The notes under the pieces are model-generated. The model searched no databases, was not told the DNA's origin, and was given only the letters and a program-made list of their open reading frames with translations. Below, piece after piece: positions 41,531 to 55,520 of a stretch of DNA of 64,000 bases. This DNA comes from the human T2T-CHM13v2.0 reference genome, Homo sapiens, in the NCBI RefSeq assembly GCF_009914755.1, contig NC_060929.1; one strand, written 5' to 3'. The first letter of the stretch is position 1, and each line of letters begins with the position of its first letter. Made by a program: the position numbers and the translations under genes.

Positions 41531-43555
41531 TGAATAAATATTGATGTTATTACCCAAATTATCAGAAATGGCCAGGTATCATATGAGGATAACTAATTAG
41601 TATAGTTTTTGGCCTATATAGTCTCCCTTAGTACTTTTATAATGGGTAGTTCTTCCTCCTATTCTTTTCTTTATATTTGCTTAAAAGGAATTTTGTCTGT
41701 TTGTGTGTGTGTATATGTGTGTCTGTGTGTGTGTCTAGTAGGGTTCATGAGCAAAATTCCACTTTTGAGATAACTAAACTTACATTTCAGTTACTCTACT
41801 TTGTGCATATAACCTAAGTACAGCAATTTCTGACATGTAATATTGTCATCTGTGAACTTTCTTCTTTCATCAGGATCTTACTCTGTCTGCAAAAAGTGTC
41901 TATGAACATGTATGACTTTTAAATATTTGCCCAGATTCAGTATGATTACCCACTCTCTTGTACTTAGTGAATATCATGTATCTAGTACACTAATATAATT
42001 CTAAATGAAATTTTTTCACGTCTTTACACTTTTGTAAATAGGATATATCTTATAATTGATGGTATTTTTAAGTACTTTTTCTTAGTAGTACATATTATAG
42101 TGGTTTTTTTGTTTTACAATCAGTGGTGTTTTAGATTTGATTAAATGGGGTAAATACTCAGAAAAGGCCTGGTACTGTGAATTGAAGTCATACTTGGTGT
42201 TACTGTGTCAAGCAGCTACTGAATTGTGTAGTACTCCTGTAACCTAAGAAAGCAGTTCATTCTCAATTTAGTATCCTCCTTTTCAAAAGATATAGATTTT
42301 CAGAATTTTCAGCCATCTATGAGATTCTTTTCTTGTTTTTCTTCATGTGTCATCCTAGCTATCAATAAGACTGTCTTCACCCTCTTCGATGTTTTCATAA
42401 CCACATGGCTAGAGACAGGGATTTTCTGAGAATTTAGTTTAATGGGTTACTGCCAGCCAGACTATAGAGTTTGCTCAATCCTGGATGTGATGCTGGCTCG
42501 TTAATGAATTGGTCCCTCCTAAAATAAAATGTTTCCCTGTCCCTTCTGGGACCTGATTCCGATTTCAATTGTATTTCAAGAAGCAAATGATCTCTGGAGG
42601 AGAACTAGCCTCTTTAAAATCAAATGGATCTGATATAGCCTAGTGAAAAGACCCTATGTTTTAGAGTCAGACAGATCTGGATTTGAATCGTGACTCTTCT
42701 GTTGACATGTTCCATGTGTGACATTTCCTATATTAATGTTACTCTCAAGACTTCTAGTACTGTTGCTACTGTTACTGTTACCACCATTACCAGATTTACT
42801 GCTAAGAGGTGTTTTGAATAGACCTCTGAAGTCTAACCTAGTGTTGCCATAATTTATCTAGTGCTCCACCCAGCCAAAATGGCACAACTCAGAAGAACCC
42901 TAGTCTCTTAGAGAAGAATAAGATCAGAGTGTAAAGATCATAAAGATGATGGGTTCATTTGCCTTTTTTAACATTACAGACCCACTTAAGAGCCAGAACT
43001 AGCTTTGAATTGGATTTCTATAAGATAACATAAATATTCAGATGAACTCTCATTTTTTTCTTTATTGAAAAATATAAAAATTCTTAATCATTTTTTTCTT
43101 TAGAATGTAATTAAAAGGCAGTGAGGCTGGCCTTGGTACAAAGTGCACAGATGCCGTTCTGCAGAAAATGTGTCTTTGACAGATGAGATTCTTCCTGTGA
43201 ATGTTCTGTTTATTGCTTTCATAAATATTCTATTGTCAAAACATGACTTGCTGTTTATTAACAGCACTGACAGGAAGATTCCTATTAATGGCAGCATTCT
43301 TATTACCCATAGACCCTGTCACTTTTAACTTCGCAATTTTAAGAGAATTCTATTTGGTAATTACTTAAGATATTTCTAAGTTTATTGATCCCACCCCAGT
43401 TTAACTGAGTGAAGTTTGAGTGGCAGGTCTTCAGCCCAGTGACTGACACTAGGAATAATCATCAAATCTGCATCTTTGGAGGCAAGGAAAAACTTGCTAC
43501 CTGACAGCCTTGATCTTGTTGCCCTGCAGCCTGCCAGAAAAACCCAGTGCTTTGT

Positions 43556-43818
43556 GGCCAGGCACGGTGGATCACTTGAGGTCAGGAGTTCAAGACCAGC
43601 ATGACCAACGTAGTGAAACCCCATCCCTACTAAAAATACAAAAAATTAGCCGGGCGTGGTGGCCCATGATTGTAGTCCTGGCTACTCGGGAGGCTGAGGC
43701 AGGAGAATCACTTGAACCTGGGCGGGAAGAGGTTGCAGTGAGCTGAGATCACGCCACTGCACTCCAGCCTGGGCGACAGAGCGAAGAGTCTGTCTCAGAA
43801 AAAAAAAAAAAGAAAAAC
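43556..43818 (+). mobile_element. AluS with a left-arm deletion
   Basis: GGCCAGGCACGGTGG joins directly to ATCACTTGAGG; TSD GAAAAAC(C/A)CAGTGC. Confidence 0.9.
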
Positions 43819-44759
43819 ACAGTGCACTGAGCACCTGCTGAGAGCAGTGCAATAGGGAAAATCCATGGATGTAGTCCCTGCCCTTAGAAAGTTTACTGTC
43901 TAATACAGATACATGCTGAAATGTAGATGTATATTTTAAATAAGCAGGTATATGGCTAAGCCAAACATACATGCTTCATATGCAACTGGAATGGTTGCTT
44001 TGGAATCAGAGGAACTTGAGTATAAATCATACTAATTGTTTATCTTTTGAAAAATTATTTAATTTTTTTTAGTTTATTTCCTTACCTGAAAAATATAAGT
44101 GATGTGCTACCTATCTCATGGAATTGTGAAAATTAGCCTTGCAAGTTGCACACGTTGTGTGAATTCTCTGCATCTTTCTTTTTCCGTGATTGATAATTGG
44201 CAAAGACATTTGCATTATCTGATCCTCAAAACAATCCTGTAAGGTAGCTTGGGCATAGGTTTCATCCTCATTTCTTGGAGAGGGAAACTAAGGCTGAGAC
44301 AGGCTAGGTTTATTACTTGGATTCATTGACTGGTATAGTCAAGCCTAGGTCTCCTGACTCATGTTCCAATGTGTTTTCCACTCTTTGATACCCATGCCTG
44401 AGTGACTAACATTTAGAATTATGCTTTTCAGTGCCCCTGTGCAGAGGCAATAGACTGAGGCATGTATTTGGAGATGATGTGAAGGAAAAAGAAAGCCAGT
44501 ATTTTCCTTGTAACATCAATGGAGCCATATAAGATTATTACAGCCTTCAAGAAAGGCGTGAGTAGGTATTAGGGAATGGCCGAGAGATGCTCTAGCTGTG
44601 GTAGAAAACACATGACTATGGTAGAGTAAGAGAAGAGGGTATTTGCATACTGACTAGATGTGTTTAGAATCCACATCATACCTGAAATTATTTAGTCCTT
44701 GTATTCATGTTTCCGATTTCTTAACTTTATGCTCCTTCTAAGTTGAACTGTTCAGATGA

Positions 44760-44995
44760 TAATGTGGTACAGCAGAAAGAACATGGCCTTTGGAACCAAA
44801 CTACAGTTCAAATCTCAGCACTGTCAATCCATGGCTGTATAATCTTGGGCAAGCAACTTAATTTCTCTTAGCTCCTGTTTCATTATTTATGGACTAAAAA
44901 TAATAAATAATACTTAACAGTGTAATTGTGAAGATTAGGTGAATTAACATATGGAAATGCCTTTTACGTACTAGGCACTTGAGAAATATTAGTTC
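44760..44995 (+). mobile_element. MIR (further MIR fragments at ~44000-44380)
   Basis: GTTCAAATCTCAGC...TTGGGCAAGCAACTTAATTTCTCT...GTTTCATTATTTAT. Confidence 0.7.
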
Positions 44996-45509
44996 CTTTA
45001 AGCTGTCCTTCTATACTTGATGACATGCAGTCTGCTATATCCTCCTAATTATATTCTGATCTTAGGTTTCTACCAAGAGAGCTCACTATTTCTTAGAATT
45101 GAATAATTTTCTCTTTTTTGATAGCCTATTATGGGTCTTTTATAATTATTTCATTATGAAATAACATTAAGTAAGTAGAAGTTCGTAAGTTACACCCAAA
45201 ATATAAAAAGGGATCAGTTTTAATTTTCCACTATCAAGACTTTAATAGTAAAGGAGTTCTTGTCTTAATTATAAAATTCATTCTTTCTTTCCATAACTAG
45301 AATATGTATAAGATAGAAAAAGTAATTGCATTGGTTAATAATAGATTATCATTCTTAACAGAAGGAAAGACGTTTCTATAGGAATGCTCTTTAGAAATTA
45401 TATTTTTTTATAAGTAGAAATTGATGCCACTACAGTTCACTGTTACTTTGTGATTTATTACATACTGATATTACAAATATATTTCCTTAGATTCCTTAAC
45501 TTCTATTAC

Positions 45510-45573
45510 TTATATCCTTTTAAAAAAACTTGTGAAGATAGATGCTGTGAAATTCATGCTAAAAAACCACACG
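45510..45573 (+). CDS. RANBP17: RANBP17 coding exon (~exon 17), 64 nt, (G)YILLKKLVKIDAVKFMLKNHT
   Basis: ttccttaacttctattac|TTAT ... CACACG|gtaagt; phase 2 to 0. Confidence 0.94.
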
Positions 45574-45664
45574 GTAAGTCTTATTTCTTTAATTAATGAA
45601 TAACATTTTACGAATAGTTGAGGTAAAGTGTTAGTAACTTGGATTACTCTTTTGCTTTCATTAG

Positions 45665-45773
45665 AGTGAACACTTCCCTTTTCTTGGCATCAGTGACAAT
45701 CATAGTCTCAGCGACTTCAGGTGTCGAACAACCTTCTACACAGCGCTCACTCGCCTTCTGATGGTAGATCTGG
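45665..45773 (+). CDS. RANBP17: RANBP17 coding exon (~exon 18), 109 nt, [36 protein letters not shown](G)
   Basis: tttcattag|AGTGAA ... CTGG|gtaagg; follows a 91-nt intron; phase 0 to 1. Confidence 0.96.
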
Positions 45774-47219
45774 GTAAGGTTAAGAATTTAAACTCAATTA
45801 ATAAGGGATCAGCAATACACTTGTGTGAATAAAGAAGTGGAGTACTAGTGGGTACAACATTTAACTTATTAGAATTAGCGTCTTCTGACAGTTTTCTACA
45901 ACCTTCTAAGATTTGAGTGTTCACTTGTTAGCATTAGAGCCAAAAGACAAATATTTGTACTTAAGGTGGCATTTTTCACTTCACATAACACTTGCACTGA
46001 TTTTTTACCTCACAGCTTACTTTCTGCCTATCCTTTGACACATTAATTTTACTGCTATGAATCTAGGAATAATCTTAAACAGAGAAAAACTTTACACACA
46101 AAGATTTTCGTCATAGTGATGTCTAAACTAGAGAAAAAGTAGAAATGATGTAACTGTCCAACAGTAGGGAATTGTAAAATTATGGCACGCCTACTTACTT
46201 GTAGAATGATTGGCACGCAATAAAAATGAAGATTTAAAGACAAGGCAATACATGAAATTTTATATTATAACATTAAGTGAAAAGGCAAAGTGTTACACTG
46301 GTGCAAATGGTATGATCATGTATGTTGGGGATGGGGGGACAATACTTCAGAAAAGGCTTAAGTGAAATTCTTCAAAAATGGTTAGTACAGCCATTGTGAA
46401 TAACAGTGTAGAGGATCCTCAGAAAATTCAAAATAAAATGACTGTACAATCCAGCAATCCTACTACTGGGTGTATAGGTATCCAAAGGAAATGAAATGAG
46501 TATATCAAATAGTTGCATTCCCATATGTTTATTGCATCGTTATTCACAATAGCCAGGATATACGGAATCAACCTAAGTGTCCATCCACAGATGAATGGAT
46601 AAAGAAAATGTGGTATATATACACAGTGGGATACTATTCAGCCATAAAAAAGGAAAAATGTCTGCCATTTGCCACAGTGTGGATGAACCTGGAGGGTACT
46701 ATGTTAAGTGAAATAAGCCAGGCACAGAGGACAAATACTATATGATATCACTCATATGTGAAATCTAAAAAAGTTGATCTCATAGAACTAGAGAGTAGAA
46801 TGGTGGTTACTAAGAGCTGAGGACTTTGAGGTGATGCTGGTCAAAAGATACAAAGTTTCAGGTAGAAAGAATAAGAGATCTGTTGTACGTAGATGGTGAC
46901 TATAGTTAATAACAATATATTGTATTCTTGAAAAATGCTAAGAGAATGGATGTTAAGGGTTCTCACCACAAAAATGGTAACTATAGAGGTAATGCATTTG
47001 TCAATTAGTTAGATTTAGTTACTCTACATCATACATATGTACCTCAAATATATTGCAGGTTTAGTTCCAGACCATCATGATAAAGTGATACAGTAAAGCA
47101 AGTCACACCGTTTTTGTTTTCTAGTGTATATAAAAGTTAAACTTACTGTACTGTAGTCTATTAAGTGTGTAATGTCATGATGTAGATACAATGTACATAT
47201 CTTAATTTAAAATACTTTA

Positions 47220-47550
<331 letters not shown>

Positions 47551-48802
47551 CTAGCAAACATCTGAGCTTTCAGTGTGTTGTAATCTTTTTCCTGGTGGAA
47601 GGTCTGGCCTCGATATTGATGGCTGCTGACTGATCAAAGTAGTTGCCAAAGGTTGAGGTGGCTGTGGCAATTTCTTAAAAGAAGACGACAATGAAATTTG
47701 CTGCATCAATTGACTTCCTTTCACAAAAGATTTTTCTGTAGCATACAATGCTGTTTGTTAGCATTTGACCCACAGGAGAACTTCTTTAAAAACTGGAGTC
47801 AATCCTCTCAAACTCTGCTGCCACTTTATCAACTAAGGTTATGTCATATTCTAAATCTTTTGTTACTTCAACAATGTTCACAGCGTCTTTACCACAAGTA
47901 GATTCCATCTGAAGACACCACTTTTGGTCATCCAGAAGAAGCAACTCCTCATCCATTCAAGTTTTTTCATGAGACTGGAGCAATTCAGTCACATCTTCAG
48001 GCTCCACTTCTAATTATAGGTCTCTTGCTATTTAAATCACATCTGCAGTTACTTCCTGCCCTGAAGTCTTGAACCCCTCAGAGTCGTCCATGAGAGTTGG
48101 AATCAACTTCTTCCAAATTCCTGTTAATGTTGATATTATGACCTCCCCACTGAATAACAAATGTTCTTAGTGGTATCCAGAATGGTGAGTCCTTTCCAGA
48201 AGGTTTTCAATTTACTTTTCTCAGATTCATCAGAGGAATCACTATCTGTGGCAGCCTAGAGCCTTACAAAATCTTTTTTTCTGAGCAGTAGGCTTCAACA
48301 GTGGGCTTAAAATTTTCAGTAAACCATGCTGTAAACAGATGTGCTGTCATCCAGGCTTTGTTGCTCTATTTCTAGAGCACAGGCAGAGTAGATTTTAGCA
48401 TAATTCTTAAGGACCCTAGGATTTTCAAAATGGCAAATGGGCACTGGCATCAACTTCAAGTCACCATCAGCATTAGCCCCTAATGAGAGAGTCAGCCTGG
48501 TGTTTGAAGCTTTGAAGCCAGACATTGACCTCTCCTCTGTAGCTATGAAAGTCCTAGATGGCATCTTCTTCCAATGAAAGGCTGTTTCATCTACATTGAA
48601 AATCTGTTTAGTGCAGCCACTTTCATCAATGGTCTTAGCTAGATCTTCAGTATAACTCACTGCAGCTTCTCCATCAGCACTTGGCTGCTTCACCTTGCAC
48701 TCTTAGGTTATGGAGGCATCATCTTTCCTTAAACCTCATGAACCAACCTCTGCTAGCTTCCAACTTTTCTTCTGCAACTTCCTCACCTCTCAGCTTTCAT
48801 AG

Positions 48803-49140
<338 letters not shown>

Positions 49141-52100
49141 CACTGGTATGATTTTCTATACAGACCAGTGAAACTTTCTTTATATCAGCAATAGGGTTGT
49201 TTCACTTTCTCATTGTGTGTTTTTGCTGGCATTTTAATTTAATCGCTTTAATTTTCTTCAATAATTTTTCCTTTGCATTCATCACCTGGCTAACTGGTGC
49301 AGGAGACCCAGCGTTTGACCTATTAAAGCTTTTGACATGTCTTTCTCACTAAGGTTAATCATTTCCAGCTTTTGATTTAAAGTGAGAGACGTGTAACTCT
49401 TCCTTTCACGTGAATACTTGGAGGCCATCACAGGGTTATTAATTGGCCTAATATCAATATTGTTGTGTCTCAGAAAATAGAGAGGCCTGAGAAGATGGAG
49501 AGATACAAAGGAATGGCCGGTTTGTGGAGCAGTCAGCATACATAATATTTATCAATTAAGTTGGCTACCCTGTAAGGGCACAATTTGTGGTGCCCCACAA
49601 CAGTTACAATAATAACATCAAAGGGCACAGATTACCATAACAGATATAATAATAATGAAAAAAGTTTGAAATATTAGGAAAATTATCAAAATGTGGCCCA
49701 GAAACACGAAGTAGGTTCATGATGTTGGCAGAATGATGCCAATAGAATTGTTCGACTCAGGTTTGCCACAAATCTTTAATTTGTTTAAAAAAAAAAAAAG
49801 TGTGGTATCTGTGAAGCACAATAAAACAAGGTATGCCTGTCTATATACTTCAAAACATGTTGTATACAATAAATAACATAAAATTTTATCTGTAAATTTA
49901 AAAAATAATTAAAAATGCTAAATGTCGACTTTGGGTTGTAGCATGTAGGTAATTTTTTCTATTTCTGATCATTTGAATTTTTTTAGTGTATTACTTTTAT
50001 AATGGTAAAAATTAACTTATTTTTAAAATTTGTTACTAAAAAGCTAAAGTTAGTGAGAAGTATTTACAGATAGGCAGTACCTTAGGATGGGTACTTAAGC
50101 TTCTTTGTAGTGACCATGTTACTCTAGACTCCCATTTCTCATATTTGAATACTGCAGGTTAGACCAGTTATACATGAGAGGGTTCAGTCAGTGGCAATAT
50201 CATCCTTAGACAATACCAATAATACTTTTTTCTTTGTTTCTCTTGAAGTCTATTACTACATCAACTTAAATATGAATTTTTAAAAATGTGTTCATACAAA
50301 CAGAAGAAAAATAATTTTTTTGCCCATAAAAGGCATTGAATTTTTAAATGGAAAGGGGACTACACCCCTCTATGTTTCTTGCTTTTTTTTCATGCTTTTC
50401 CACAGACTAAATCACCAGAAAGACAAACTGCCAAAAAGTTGAGAGACATGCAACTAGAATGATTAAAGAGCTTAGTGGGATTGATTTCTAAGGAAAGATT
50501 AAAAGAACCATGTATGTATAACTTGGCTAAGTGACAACTAGGGCTGGAGGCAAAGAGAACTATCTATAAATATTTGAAGAGCGTAAACCAGGCATGCAAA
50601 ACCCAATCATCTGCTACCTTAGGCAAGTCGGAGATGTAACTGAGTGACAGCTTTTCGTACTGCATCCTGGCCTATTTTACCTCTTGGCTGCTGTGTTGGT
50701 GAGAAGAGGCGCAGCCCCAGACTGTGTCATTGCCCTTGACAATCATTTAGAAAGCACAGTGTGCTAAACTCTGAGGGCAAGACAAAGATGAATCAGGCAT
50801 ACTGGGTCCTGGCCTCAAGGAGCTTGTCTTCTTGCTTTCCCAGTTGTCCAAGCATTAAAGAGACCTTGAAACATTTGTCTGGACTTAATTTATTTCCCAG
50901 GCCTTAAAAATGCTCTTTTAATAACACGGTCACACAGAGTGAAAGAAGTGGGGAGACCAAAAAGAGAAGTATCTGGAGGAGAGTTTTTAAAACTAGGTCC
51001 GTGTCACTCACATTTTCAGAACCTGGAAATGGAATGGGTTAACATTTCCTTTTTGATATGGTCATCACAGATAGGGAACCCACTATGTATCTGTGGTAGG
51101 TTAAACAACAGGATAGCACTATCGGAGCCTGCACACAGCCCCAACTCTGTATTCTCAGTACTACTGTACTTATTACTGCATTGATAATTGATATTCATGA
51201 TGATGCCCAGAAAGACATTGCACACTTTTTGGAAAGCAAATTTGCTCTTATTTAGTATTGCTTAATGTAAACTATGAGGTATGAGAAACTGAAATAAACA
51301 CATATAATTTGAATAATTGGATTTTATTAGTTTACCCAGGATTCTATTCCTTTGAAATACTTAACCCATAACAGTATAAAGAATAAATTCACATTTTTAG
51401 TTCAAAGTTTTTTTTTAAATGTAAATATCTGTTGCATTACAAGCACTTTTTAGACACCTTGAGAGAAACAGAAAGAGGCTATGGTGGAAGTGCTTGGTGC
51501 ATGGTAGGTGCTCAATATAAGTCAGTTGAATCTGGATATAAATAAAATTTAAAATCATAGTAGCTACCCTCATAGAACTTCCACATGTTTGAAAAGAAAC
51601 TCCTTCCTTATTTATCAGTAATTTTTACTTTTTAAAATAATGAAATGTATGTGATAAGCATCAAGTTATGATTAAAAGCATCAAGTATGATTTGTTGTGT
51701 AAACTACCAGAGCTGCTTTCTGTTGTTAAAAACTGGAGTTATTCTTCTTCCCAAAATTATGTTGGGCACCTTCAAGGTATGGACTATCTTTTTTATATTT
51801 TTCTAGCACCAGTCAGGGTCTTTACATTGCAGATGCTCAGTAAATGCTTGTTGAATGAATGACAAACAAGTATACAGTAACCAAGACACCGTCATTGTGG
51901 CTCCTGGAATCAGCTCTGGCTGCCAGGTTCTTTCTGGAAGTAGCTCTGATCATTGGCCTCTCCCAAGACAAAACAAATCAAGTGGCTGATTACTTTCACA
52001 AGTGATTAGCTACACTTGGCCACTCTTGTGCCCGATTAGTCTCTTGTTGCTCTCTGTTCAGAGTGTTATTACTTTATAGACGATGATTTGTTGAGCGTTG

Positions 52101-52395
52101 TTGAACACAGTTTTTATTATTTGAAGCCTTGTCTCACAAACTAGGTTGACTGGAACATGGCTGTCAGAATTTCTGTATATATGGCTTGATAGTTTTCTAT
52201 TGTGTGTTCATTGTCATGGAAACAAGGAAGAAAAAGATAGTGCTGTTGTCAAGAGCAGCATAGATTCATATATTAAATGAAAAAAATAAAAACATTAGAT
52301 AATGAGGATCCTCCTCAAATTAAAAAAAAAAGACAAACTTTTTATATCACTGATTTTGGAGAGTGGGAGTGGGGATAAGAATCACAGAAAAAAAA

Positions 52396-52687
52396 ACACC
52401 TACTTTCTTGCAAAAGTGTTGGATGTGATTCTTGGATGGAAATACAAAACATTCTAATTGAATCCTACAAAAATAAATTGAAAATGTCTTGTGTATAAGC
52501 CATGCACATTGGAGTGATTAGAAAGGGGGAAAGAAATTGGGTGTCACATTAATTGGTATTTACTTTGAAATGCATTTTGGTTTCTACTCAGTGATTTGCA
52601 CTTTGTATGAATTTAATTAGATGCTATGTGCCCCAGGTTGTATTTCAGATGAAAATGGCGGCGGGGCAGGGGGTGGTTGGCAATAAA
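52396..52687 (+). repeat. Copy 1 of a ~290-bp dispersed direct duplication
   Basis: ACACCTACTTTCTTGCAAAAGTG...GGTTGGCAATAAA matches 55521-55807. Confidence 0.97.
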
Positions 52688-53749
52688 CAGTTGTACCATT
52701 TTATCGGATTGCTTTAGCTAAACTAGACAAAATGTTCACTTGCATAAAGAACAGAATTGAAAGCATTTCATCATTAGAATAGTGGTGTTTCAAAACATGT
52801 GAGAGATGTTGGCAGGTTTTTTTGGTGTTCGAAGAAATGATCAAAATGAATGCAGAAAATCCCTTCACGTGCAGAAAAAAATGGATGACCAACCAGATGT
52901 GCATGTGTGTTAGCCCTTCCAAGAATCACTTCAAGTTCCCTAGGTTATTTAAAATTAACTTGGTCGATCTAATAAACTAAAGGAAAGATAGTATTACCCG
53001 AGCCAGTAAATGGAGACCCTCCAGGGAGCTATTCAGTATAAAATACTTGAATAAATAAAAATCTTCTATTTTGTTTCATTTGAATGCAGGTGAATTTAGT
53101 TGACAAATACTGAAGAGGGTAGGTGTGGCAAGGCACTATAACAACGCTTTTCATTTGGTGAAGAACCAAAATTATTATTTGCAAATTAAGTTTTTACCAG
53201 CCACAAATTTGGAAGTGCTCAGTGTCACCAATGGTTGATTTTTCCTTGGACATTTCATGATTGCATCTTATGTTGTACTACTTAGATGAGAAGCACGTGG
53301 ATAGGATTTGAGTGAGCAATGCATTCCTCGGGTATTTAAACTCTAAGAAACAGTCATATTTTTAATTACTAGGGGGATACTAATATTAAAATGATGTTTA
53401 TGGATGTAAAGAGATAGTTCTATCTTTAGGGGTGAGGGTAGCACAGTATCCATATACTTTGGCTTATAAGAGGTAATTGGCATCTGAAGATATCACTAGC
53501 TTAAATTTAAGAAATCTTGAATGACGAATGACTTGAATAACAAGGGAAGAGTATTCTAGAAATAGCTACTAAAGATAGAAATAAAAACACAGAGGAAGGA
53601 ATTTTTTTCTTTATTAATAATAGTTAACATTTGTTTAAAAATATATAGTTTATAAACCACTTTCATAGGCATTTATCCTTTTTGATCCGCCTGCCCACAT
53701 TAAATAGGTATTATTCCATTGTTTATCTGTTAGAAAACTGAGGTTCAGA

Positions 53750-54124
<375 letters not shown>

Positions 54125-55520
54125 TCATCCACTTTTACTAAACTATTACTTCATCTTTCACCTTATCAACCAGTGGAGAAATACAACTTTTTTCCTTCAT
54201 TTTTATTTGAACTATTTGGTCCAAATGATTGATTTGGGGCTTGGGGGCAGTGAAAGAAAATGAGAAATGATTACTTTCTAAGCGTCTATGAAATAAACAG
54301 ATAGATGCATGTTTATTGTTTGTTCTGTATAGGTATATTATAGTTTGATGGTGAGTGAAAGTCAAATGTAGTTTTTAAAATTTGTTCTTATGCCTAATAA
54401 TTGGCCAAAGCGTATTTCTTCTCATGGATAAAGGAACACAGAGGTGGATATCTCAGGAAGGTTTAGCAAGTGAGGGGCTTGATCAGAAATAGCTGATAGA
54501 TAGGAAGAATACATCAATGTATCAACTGTGTCCATGACTTGGCAGAGATTATCTGAAAAATAGACATGGGGGGATGGGGGAGTGGGCAGTAAGGGGTAAA
54601 GAAGCAGCTGGAAATACTTAAAATCTGTAATGAGATAATTAAGACTAATTAGCTGGCCCTGTAGGCAGAAAGCAGCCCATTAAGTCCAGATCCAGTTTTA
54701 ATAACTTACCTGGTTTTGAGGCTAGACAGTCCAGAGCACCCCAGGGAATGAGATGTTTCATGGATGAGACTTTTAGGGTGGGATTCTTTGAAAATGGGTA
54801 GCTATAGTCTGCAGTGGGCAGTGTATTTTTTTTCCGGGAACTAAAATAAACACTCTGGTTCCCTAGGGAGAAGAATTAAAGGGCACCTCAGTTTTCTCTT
54901 CTGTTAAATGGAGAAAACTACGTAGAAGAGTTGTCATGTGGTTTAAATAAGATAAAGATACATAAAAAGGCCTAGAGCAATTCCTATCACAAAGCAAGTT
55001 CTTAGAAAATATTAAGAAACGTTTATTGAGTGCACTATTAGAAGAAGCATTGACTACTGCTGGGACCTCAAAATGAGGCAAGTTTGGCTCTCTTAATGCC
55101 ATCTACTCTGCCTTCAATATTTAGGGCTATTATTTTCCTGTGGAAGTAAGATCTGATGACACTTCCCAACACATACTAAAATATCCTGACCTGCCTGAAG
55201 CCACAGGTCATTTCAAAACTAGCTAGCACTCCTAAGCAATTTAGAGGGAAACTGAAATGAAAAACAAATTGTGGCCCAAGTTTCAGGGGCCAGTTAAGCA
55301 CATTTCTCAAAGTTTTACTGTAATATAACTTAGAAGTGGTATCTTAATGAAGCATTGGGAAATAGCAGATGATCTGGGCCTAGACCTGCAGAAGTCATCA
55401 GCTCTTCTGAGATTGCCCATTGTTACTTGGTTTTGAATGGTTTATTTTCTTCGCCCAGTGCCTATGTCTCCTTGTTTATCTCTCCTCTTAATTTTCCTTA
55501 GTTTGGACCAGAGCTTCATT

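Larger units (their letters stand above)
33628..45509 (+). other. U12-type (minor spliceosome) AT-AC intron, 11.9 kb
   Basis: 5' site ATATCCTTTT (33628-33637), branch site TTCCTTAAC (45492-45500), terminal AC (45508-45509). This junction keeps the frame (GG|T = Gly). Confidence 0.95.

Noticed and set aside
40330-41560. Target-site duplication for the second L1PA
   Set aside because: Only a loose TGTTAT(T)ACC similarity between the flanks; not convincing enough to call.
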